From Malacoraja senta (taxonomy: Eukaryota), in assembly GCA_038087875.1 (NCBI GenBank), contig CM075995.1, positions 4,528,001 through 4,592,000 on the forward strand: 64,000 nucleotides of DNA, written 5' to 3'. This document shows, piece after piece, positions 50,501 to 61,200 of this stretch. A program made the translations under genes and the position numbers. Position 1 is the first letter of the stretch. Each line of letters opens with the position of its first letter. Below the pieces are notes generated by a model. That model was not told the origin of the DNA, ran no database searches, and saw nothing but the letters and a program-made list of their open reading frames with translations.

Positions 50501-53500
50501 CTCATCTCCTTCCTAAAAGTACATCCTTTAATGCATTCATTGTAAAGAACGTAGAAGCAAGGAACTGCATGTGCTGGCTTGCAAAAAAAAAAAAACACAA
50601 AGTGCTGGAGTAACTCAGTGGGTCTGGCAGCATCTCTGGAGATCATGGATGGGTGATGTTTCTGTGTGGGGATGTTTTATGTTGAACTCTATCGTGTGTT
50701 GTGTTCTTTATTTTATTGTATGGTGATCACATTTCACTGTGACAACTGGCACATGTGACAAATAAATGTATCTTGTATCTTCATGCCAGGACACTCAATA
50801 ACCAAGTCTGTAGGCTCCTTCTGCTCTGGTATTTTATTTCATTCACATGTTTAAACTATGATATTTTATTATTAATGTTTAAATGTTTTATGGTTTATTC
50901 TTAATGGTTTACTGTATGTCGTGTTGTTACTTGCGAGCGGAGCACCAAGGCAAATTCCTTGTATGTGTATATACTTGGCCAATAAACTTTTTCATTCTTT
51001 CATTCATCATTCTTCAAACTGATTTTGGGTGGGGGAGAGAGAGAGAGATAGCTGGAAGAGAGGAGGGGCAGGGCAAAGCCCATATCTAAGATCATGTTAA
51101 CCTCAAGAGCTGGTTTGTGTGACCCTCCCCAGCCTTGCTCAGGGTGGGCCCACCTACCTTCACTGCATCTCCCGCCTGGAAGAATTCGGAAGAAGGGTCC
51201 CGAATCAAAACGTCAGCTATCAATATTCTCCAAAGATGCTGTCTGACCCGCTGAGTTACACTTTGTGCCTTCGCTTGATGACCCTATTTATTTTTGCAGC
51301 AAGAAGCCAATACTTTCTTTGCAGGGGAGAGGTGGGAGAAGCTGGAAGGGAGGAGGGGCAGGACAAAGCCTCCCTTCCTATTCCTTTAGCTTTCGTTTTT
51401 TTAGTCTGAGAGATACAGCGCGGAAACAAGCCCTTCGGCCCACCGCGTCCACACCGACCAGCGATCCCCACGCACTATCTTGCATGCTCTAGGGACAATG
51501 TACACTTACACCAAGCTCATTAACCTACAAACATGTACGTCTTTGGAGTGTGGGAGGAAACCGAAGATCTCGGAGAGAACGTACAAACTCCGTACAGACG
51601 GGATCGAACCCGGGTCTCCGCCGTGCCACCCATTCCTCTCATGATCCTATGCACCTTCCATAGGATCACCCCTCATACTCCTGCACTCCAAGGAATAAAC
51701 TCCAAGCCCGCTCAACTTCTCCCTACAGCTCAGGCCCTCGAGTCCTGTCAACATTTAATTATCAGCATGTGAGATTTTATTTTTGCTTTCCATCTCCACT
51801 TTGCTGGGTAAAGAACACGGGGGGGGGATGGGAGAAATGTCATGTTTGGCCCATGGCCATCTCAACCTTCTCTTTCCTCTGATCATCAATCATGCCTGCC
51901 TCTGGCACATTTGGGTGAGACTAGGACTCAGGCTACCTGTGGGCCTTTCTGCAGCAACTGGTGTGCACTACGTTGAAAGCCAGAAGGGATGAGAAGAAAT
52001 ACCATGAGAGGACTTTTAAACAACAACTCATTATAACAGTGATGAAGAATTGCAGATGATGGTTGATACACTAAAGGAAACAAAGTGCTGGAGTAACTCA
52101 GCGGAGTCAGGCAGCATCTCTGAACATCATGGATCGGTGACATTTCGGGGTAGAGTCCCTTCTTCAGTCTCGGCGAGGACTCCTTCCATTGAAAAAGGCC
52201 GGGAGACGGAGGCGAGGGAAGAAGAGCTCTACATCAAGGCGAACCCAGAACCTGTTGAGGTGTGAGCAGAAGGGTTTAAAGTGAGGCCTCTGATGAGGAC
52301 AGACCGTTCTGTATCAAAACGGCATGGTGGCACAGCGGTTGAGTTGCTGCCTTACAGCGCCAGAGACCCTGGTTCGATACTGACTACGGGTGCTGTCTGT
52401 AAGGAGTTAGTACGTTCTCCCCGTGACCTGCGTGGGTTTTCTCCGAGATCTTCGGTTTCCTCCCACACTCCAAAGACGTTATTTGGCTTGGTGCAAATAT
52501 AAAATTGCCCTGGCGTTGCGTTGGTGTGTGGGGATCGCTGGCCGGTGCGGACTCGGTGGGCCGACGACCGCGCTGTATCTCTAAACTAAACTAGACGGAG
52601 GAGGGTGAAAACACAACAGGAGTGAGAGCTGGGGGCAGAGGGAATCTTGGGCGAGGTACTCTGGGGGAGATGATGGGGGCTGAGAAGGAGGGGGGGAGGC
52701 ATGAGAGCATTGAACAATGATGAGTTTTGAAAGCCTACCTCTTGGATGCCAGCATCAGTTTCATTTGAATCGTGCTGAAGATCTTCTTTACCCGCTGTCT
52801 CCAAAGGGACCAATGCCATAAGATCACTTGTGTCTTTTGTCCCGTCAGGCCACTCTTCCTGCTCAGGTCCATTGGCTGGGAAGTCCACATCTGATGAGAT
52901 CCCGCTGTGAATTCCAGCCAACGTAACCTCCTCTCTTTCATCACTGACTCCTGCGGCCTTGGCTGGAGAAACATCAAGATCATATGTGGGGTCCCACACC
53001 AGCCAGTCTTGTGAACCATGTTCCTGATCCTTGCTGGAACCCTGCAAGCTCCCGTCATTAATGAGCATTTTCTGGTCATCTCCTTTGGCGCCTGCCACTG
53101 TAGAATCATCAAGACTCGGATCTGGTGCAAACAGATCTTCCAGTTTACTGTCCCTCCGGTTGAGGCAGATCCACCTAGTTCGCCATGGAATATCCCCTGC
53201 CTCTATAAAAAGCTTCCTGCACGCTCGACCTCAGAGTAGTTGACCTCCGCACAAAGGTCAAGTGAGATTCAATGACGCTAGTGTTTTTGGTTCACACTCT
53301 TCCGCACGCTGGCAGCTCAAAATGTAACAACTACCTGGAACATCCACGCCAAGTCACAGTCAGGAAAGTCACAACAAGCTGATGTACATTCGGACATTGA
53401 AACCGCCAGAGGAACCCGTAGGATTTTGCTCATCTTCAGGTTTGGGGAAACTATTGCATCCGAATACCGAGCAGTTTCACTGCAATAATCGCAGAGATTC

Positions 53501-56500
53501 CCTGTGAAAATATCATAAGCCACAGATTAAATTAGTTTAGTTTAGAAATTCAGCGCATAACCAGGCCCTTCGACTCACCGGGTCCCCACTGACCAGCGAT
53601 CCCCGCACAGTAGCAATATCCTACACCCACTAGTGACAATTTATAATTTTACCGAAGACAATTAACCCACAAACCGGTGTGTCTTTGGAGTGTGGGAGGA
53701 AACCGGTGGAAACCGGTTTGCCTCCCACACTTTGGAGTGTGGGAGGCATCCGGGGGAAACCCATGCGGTCACAGGGAGAATGTACAAACTCCGGACAGAC
53801 AGGACAAGTAGTCAGGATTGAACTCGGATCTCTGGCGCTGTAAGGCAGCAGCTCTACTGCTGCGCCACTGTGCCAGATATCAGCCAGAGAACAGGAAATC
53901 TAGTCCCAGCTACACTAGTCCCAGCTACACTAGTCCCACCTGCCTGCGCTTGGTCCATATCCCTCCAAACTTGTCCTAACCATGTACCTGTCTAACGGTT
54001 TCTTAAATGTTGGGATAGTCCCAGCCTCAACTGCCTTCTCTGACAGTTTGTTCCATACACCCACCACCCTTTGTGTTCAACCTATGTCCTCTGGTCCTCG
54101 ATTCCCCCATTCTGGGCAAGAGATTCTGTGCATCTAGTTTACACATTTTGCAATTGTGCACAAAGTTACATTTACATCCTGCGTATCATCCCAAACTACT
54201 GGGCATCCATGAAGCATCTTTTGAGTTGAGGGAATGTAGGCAGTTGGTACAGTCCCATGAGATAGTTCTCCAGCTACACAGTTTTATCAATGTTAGTTGA
54301 GGAACAAATATTGGTCAGGATATACTGCTTTGCAAAGGACCAGGATTTTTTGTTGTTGCAAATACCCAATAATTCAGACAATTCCTCTGAACATTTCCAT
54401 CCAACCTTTTGATTAAAAGGGTTGTGAATCTTTGGAATTCTCCAATATATTATGTACTCAGCTGAGACAGATGGCTTTTTTTTAGTAATAATGGGATACA
54501 AGGATAAGTACCCGAGCTTATGGAAGGACCGTTCAGAAGCCTGATAACAGAGGAGAAGATGATGTTCACGATACCCGTGGTACTGCCCAGTAATTTAAGC
54601 GGCATGGTGGCGCAGCGGTAGAGTTGCTGCCTTACAGCGCTAGAGATCCCGGTTTGATCCTGACCAAGGGTGCTGGTCTGTACAGAGTTTGTACGTTCTT
54701 CCTGTGACCGTGTGGGTTTTCTCCGGGTGCTCCGGTTTCCTCTCACATTCCAAAGACGTAAAGGGTTTGTAGGTTAATTTGGGTTCGGTAATTATAAATT
54801 GTTCCTCGTGTGTAGGTTAGTGTTAGTGTAAGGGGTGATTGCCGGGCGGTGTGGACTCAGTCGGTAAGGAGCCGTTTCCACTCTGTATGTTTTAATCAAA
54901 AAATCCCAACATACTCAAATCATGTTTTGTCTCATTTAGCCCAGCACCAGATATCAGCTAGAGAACAGGAAATCAAAATGTTGCCATGGGATTCAAGTTA
55001 AGGAATTGCAATGAAATACACAAGAGGGGTTTTAAGCACAAGTTGCATTATCCAGCCACTAAAATTAAAAACAAATTGGCATTAACTGGACCAGATTGTA
55101 AAGGAAATGCAATTATGTTTTTCACAGTGCATGAACTTCTACAGCTATCTCCATCCAGATGGCAAAATACAGATCTGATTTCCACATTAGAGCCTTCACC
55201 AGCACAGTGAGAATTTTGCAAGTGGTGAGAACAACACATTGTGCCTGTTTCAGCTACTGGGACAGCCATGAAATTCCATTTCGCTTTTGAGCAAGAGGTT
55301 GATTACCAAGTAGATTTCAAGTGAGGTCACTCCCTGTAAAAACAGTGAAGAGATTACTAATGGAAACAAAACTGCAGGTGTATACTTGAGATCACACTTT
55401 CCTTAGACAACAATGGACCTACCTAACAGGCACCGCTCAGTCTATGGCCATTCAAGGCTGGCCCTAACTGGTTCTGCTGTTTTCTCACCTCCAGAATCCA
55501 GATATTCACCTCCCTCCTCCCGCTTTCAGTCTGAAGTAGGGACCCGACCTGAAATGTCACCCACTCCTTTTCGCCAGAGATGCTGCCTGACCAGCTGAGA
55601 TACTCTGCCACTTTGTGTCCATTGGAATAGTTGTATATATATATATGTGGTCATGTATCTATGTATCTTTGGTTTATATTAAAGTTGATTATAAAGCCAA
55701 TTCTAGACAAACCTTATCAAAGAGCGTTTACTCCCAGTGTTTGTTCAGCTGATGAGGCCAATAGGGGAATTGAATCATAATCGTAAACATAATACTTTAT
55801 TAGCCAAGTACGTTTTGCAGCATATGAGAAATTTCATTTGCCATACAGTCATACCAATAAAAAGCAACAGAACACACAAAATACATTTTTACATAAACAT
55901 CCACCACAGTGACTCCGCCACATTCCTCACTGTGATGGAAGGTGAAAAAAAGTTCAATCTCTTCCCTTTTTTGTTCTCCCACGGTCGGGGGCCTCGAGCC
56001 TTCCGTTGACGGGGCGATCTTGGATCCCATAGCCGGCGGTCGGGCCCTCCGCTTCGGGGCGATCAAGCTCCTGCATCGGGGGGGGGGGGGGAATCTCAGC
56101 TCCCCCGCGCTGGCCGATCTGACCCTGGGTCGGGGCTGTCGAACCTTCTGCGTCGTTTGGAGCTCCTGACATCTACGGTCTCTACCCGAGATACGATCCG
56201 GAAAATAATCGCATCTCCGGCAAGGTAACAGATTGAAAAATGTTTCCCCCGACCCCCGCCCCCACCCCCCAAATAAAACAAACCAGAGAACATGAACACC
56301 ATTGTGTGGCGCCCCCTGGTGGTAAGATTTAATGTGCCCCTGAATACAGCCGTTCGTTCAATCTTGGGCTTGACCTTCAAAGCCTATAAAATATTTCAAA
56401 TAAAACTTGGTGGTTTACAGCCGTTTCACAAAAAGGAGGTTTTGTGCTCAATGGAGGTGAGTAAAATAGAAAAATTTCAACAGCAAATTAAACATAACTT

Positions 56501-57995
56501 AAACAGAGAGTAAAACGCTAAAGGTGTCCTTTTTTGTTTAGGAAAGCCCCATACAAGTTCGCAGGAAATTGCAGCGAATTGTGGACACAGCCCAGACCAT
56601 CACACAAACCAACCTTGCTTCCATTGACTCCATTTATACCTCACGCTGCCTTGGCAAGGCCAACAGCATAATCAAGGACGAGTCGCACCCTGGTCACTCC
56701 CTCCCCCATCAGGCAAAAGGTATAGACGTGTATAAACACACACCTCTTGATTCAGGGACAGTTTCTTGTCAGCTGTTATCAGGCAACTGAATCACCCTAC
56801 CATAACCAGAGAGCAGTCCTGAACTACTATCTACCTCATTGGCGACCGTCAGCCTATCTTTGATTGGACTTTATCTTGCACTAAACATTATTCCCTTATC
56901 ATGTATCTGTACACGGTGAATGGCTCGATTGTAATCATGTATTGTCTTTCCACTGACTGGTTAGCACGCAACAAAAGCTTTTCACTGTACCTCGGTACAA
57001 GTGACAATAAACTGAACTAAAAAGGAAGGAGATGTGGAGGAATTTCTTTAGTCAGATTGTGGTGAATTTCTGCAATTTATTGCCACAGACAGCTATGGAG
57101 GCCAAATTATCGGGTAGTTTTAAGGCGGAGATTGACCGATACTTGATTAGTAAGGGTCTCAAGGGTAATGGAGAGAAGGCAGGAGATAGGGGTTGAGAGG
57201 GAAAGATGGATCAACCATGATTGAATGGCGGAGTAGACTTGATGAGCTTAATAGCCTACCTCTGCTCCTATGACATGTTAACTTATGCTTATGGTTGGAT
57301 AACAGGGCCGGAAATGTTGGTGCAAAAGCCTGTTGTCAGGAAATAACTCTTCGTATTTCAGGTGGTATAAATCAGTGTTTCGTTGTTAGTTTTAATAGAA
57401 AGGGTGGCTACAAATATGCTTTTGTTTGCAAGAAAAATACAGAACATGGCCTTTGCTACATTAATAGTGGACAAAACAGTGTGCAGAGCAGATAGTGTAT
57501 CATTAAATTGGCCTTAGCTACTTCCTGTGTATGAGGCTTATAAGAGGATTTGTTTTTTTATTCTGGGCTTGGTAGTGTATCGGTTTTACTAAAGGTCCAG
57601 CTAATCAGACACCTGCACTAAATTATCCAACATTTGAATTTAGTTTTCAAAATACGGATAGCCTCAATTTGTATAAAAGTAGCCAACGCAGTAAAATTTT
57701 TTTAAAGAATTCTAGTTTGCTGAGGATAACACAAAATGCTGGAGTAACTCAACAGGTCAGGCAGCATCTCTGGAGAGAAGGAATAGGCAATGTTTTGGGA
57801 CGTGGGCGGCACGGCGGCGCAGTGGTAGAGTTGCTGCCTTGCAGTGCCAGACACCTACGTTCAATCCTGACTACGGGTGCTGTCTGTACAGAGTTTGTAC
57901 ATTCTCCCCATGACCTACGTGGGTTTTCTCCAGGTCCTCCAGTTTCCTCTCACACTCCAAAGACATACAGGATTGTAGGTTAGTTGTCTTGTAAA

Positions 57996-58026
<31 letters not shown>

Positions 58027-58134
58027 CTGTGTGTCTGTGTGTCTGTGTGTCTGTGTGTCTGTGTGTCTGTGTGTCTGTGTGTCTGTGTGTCTGTGTGTCT
58101 GTGTGTCTGTGTGTCTGTGTGTCTGTGTGTCTGT

Positions 58135-58212
<78 letters not shown>

Positions 58213-61200
58213 GCGCGTGCGCGTGCGCGTGTGTGTGCGCGCGTGCGTGTGCGCGTGCGCGCGTGCGTGCGTGCGTGCGTGCGTTAGTTAGTTAGTTAGT
58301 GTAGGTTTGCGGGGATCGCTGGTCAGCGCGGACCTGGTGGGCCTGTTTCCACGCTGTATCTCTAAAACTAAAAAACCGTAGCTGCTGCCTGACCCACTGC
58401 TCTACTCCAGCATTTTGTATCTATCTTCAGTGTAAACCAGCATCTGCAGTTTCTTCCAACACTTCTAGTTTTCCATTCCTTTCAAATCCTTCCATCCAGA
58501 GATGCTGCCTGTCCTGCTGAGTCCCGTTGTGTCTATCTAATTTTCTAATGTCCTTTCAGAAAGGAAAATTGACAACATTACATGATTTGCACATTCCATC
58601 ACTTTTAAAAATATCAATTATTTTAAATTGCTCTCTGAAGTCACAAGAGCAATTCTCACAGACATCTCAAGGGAGAGCAAAAACAGGCAGTACACTCCAG
58701 TCCTGTCAGCAATACCCACAAATCATGATAAATGAGAAATTAAAAAAAGATATCCAGTTTTATCGATTTTTCTCACCATTCTCTATCCCCCATTTTACTG
58801 CAAACGATTTTCAAAGCTTCCTGTAACTTTATAATGGTTTGGCTCCAATCCTATATCAAACCTAATCAAGAGATCAAAGATAGACACAAAACACTGGAGT
58901 AACTCAGTGGGACAGGGAACATCTCTGGAGAGAAGGAATGGGTGACGTTTCAGGTTGAGACCCTTATTCAGACTTCTACTGCCTATTTCAATCTGAAGAA
59001 GGGTTCCGACCCAAAGCGTCACCTATTCTTTTCCTCCAGAGATGCGAGGGGAAATAGAAGAGAAATGGGGGCCTTGGGGAAGGGAGATGTGTGTACAAAG
59101 GAGGGGAATGGTGTGGGGGGGAGGGGGCAGGCTGGGAGACTGTGGGAAATGTTTACATTTCATAGATACATAGATACATAGAAAATAGGTGCAGGAGTAG
59201 GCCATTCGGCCCTTCGAGCCTGCACCGCCATTCAATACGATCATGGCTGATCATCCAACTCAGTATCCCGTACCTGCCTTCTCTCCATACCCCCTGACCC
59301 CTTTAGCCACAAGGGCCACATCTAATTCCCTCTTAAATATAGCCAATGAACTGGCCTCAACTACCCTCTGTGGCAGAGAGTTCCAGAGATTCACCACTCT
59401 CTGTGTGAAAACGTTTTTCCTCATCTCGGTCTTAAAGGATTTCCCCCTTATCCTTAAGCTGTGACCCCTTGTCCTGGACTTCCCCAACATCGGGAACAAT
59501 CTTCCTGCATCTAGCCTGTCCAACCCCATAAGAATTTTGTACGTTTCTATAAGATCCCCTCTCAATCTCCTAAATTCTAGCGAGTATAAGCCAAGTCTAT
59601 CCAGTCTTTCTTCATATGAAAGTCCTGACATCCCAGGAATCAGTCTGGTGAACCTTCTCTGCACTCCCTCTATGGCTATAATGTCCTTCCTCAGATTTGG
59701 AGACCAAAACTGTACGCAATACTCCAGGTGTGGTCTCACCAAGACCCTGTACAACTGCAGTAGAACCTCCCTGCTCCTATACTCAAATCCTCTTGCTATG
59801 AAGGCCAACATACCATTCGCTTTCTTCACTGCCTGCTGCACCTGCATGCCTACTTTCAATGACTGGTGTACCATGACACCCAGGTCTCGCTGCACCTCCC
59901 CATTTCCTAATCGGCCACCATTTAGATAATAGTCTGCCTTCCCGTTTTTGCCACCAAAGTGGATAACCTCACATTTATCCACATTATACTGCATCTGCCA
60001 AACATTTGCCCACTCACCCAGCCTATCCAAGTCACCTTGCAGTCTCCTAGCATCCTCCTCACAGCTAACACTGCCCCCCAGCTTAGTGTCATCCGCAAAC
60101 TTGGAGATGTTGCTTTCAATTCCCTCGTCCAGATCATTAATATAAATTGTAAATAGCTGGGGTCCCAGCACTGAGCCTTGCGGTACCCCACTAGTCACTG
60201 CCTGCCATTGTGAAAAGGACCCGTTTACTCCTACTCTTTGCTTCCTGTTTGCCAGCCAGTTCTCTATCCACATCAATATTGAACCCCTAATACCGTGTGA
60301 TTTAAGTTTGTATCCTAATCTCTTATGTGGTACCTTGTCGAAAGCCTTCTGAAAGTCCAGATACAACACATCCACTGGTTCTCCCCTATCCACTCTACTA
60401 GTTACATCCTCGAAAAATTCTATAAGATTCGTCAGACACGATTTACCTTTCGTAAATCCATGCTGACTTTGTCCAATGATTTCACCACTTTCCAAATGTG
60501 CTGCTATCCCATCTTTAATAACTGACTCTAGCAGTTTCCCCACTACCGATGTTAGACTAACTGGTCTGTAATTCCCCGTTTTCTCTCTCCCTCCCTTCTT
60601 AAAAAGTGGGGTTACGTTTGCTACCCTCCAATCCTCAGGAACTACTCCAGAATCTAAAGAGTTTTGAAAAATTATCACTAATGCATCCACTATTTCTGGA
60701 GCTACTTCCTTAAGTACTCTGGGATGCAGCCTATCTGGCCCTGGTGATTTATCGGCCTTTAATCCATTCAATTTACCCAACACCACTTCCCGACTAACCT
60801 GGATTTCACTCAGTTCCTCCATCTCCTTTGACCCGCGGCCCCCTGCTATTTCCGGCAGAAGACGGAACCAAAGTAGTTATTCAATTGGTCTGCCATATCC
60901 TTGTTCCCCATGATCAATTCACCCGTTTCTGACTGCAAGGGACCTACATTTGATTTAACTAATCTCTTTCTCTTCACATATCTATAAAAACTTTTGCAGT
61001 CAGTTTTTATGTTCCCTGCCAGTTTCCTTTCATAATCTATTTTCCCTTTCCTAATTAAGCCCTTTGTCCTCCTCTGCTGGTCTCTGAATTTCTCCCAGTC
61101 CTCTGGTATGCTGCTTTTTCTGGCTAATTTGTACGCATCATCTTTTGCTTTGATACTATCCCTGATTTCCCTTGTTATCCACGGATGCACTACCTTCCTT

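Noticed and set aside
55197..55333. Possible extra exon (tttttacag acceptor, ORF 55048..55269)
   Set aside because: No resemblance to KIAA0319, weak donor, and exon 1 already joins exon 2 in phase. It cannot be excluded as a minor cassette without RNA data.
57984..58295. Cys/Val-rich ORFs in three frames
   Set aside because: Translation of a microsatellite.
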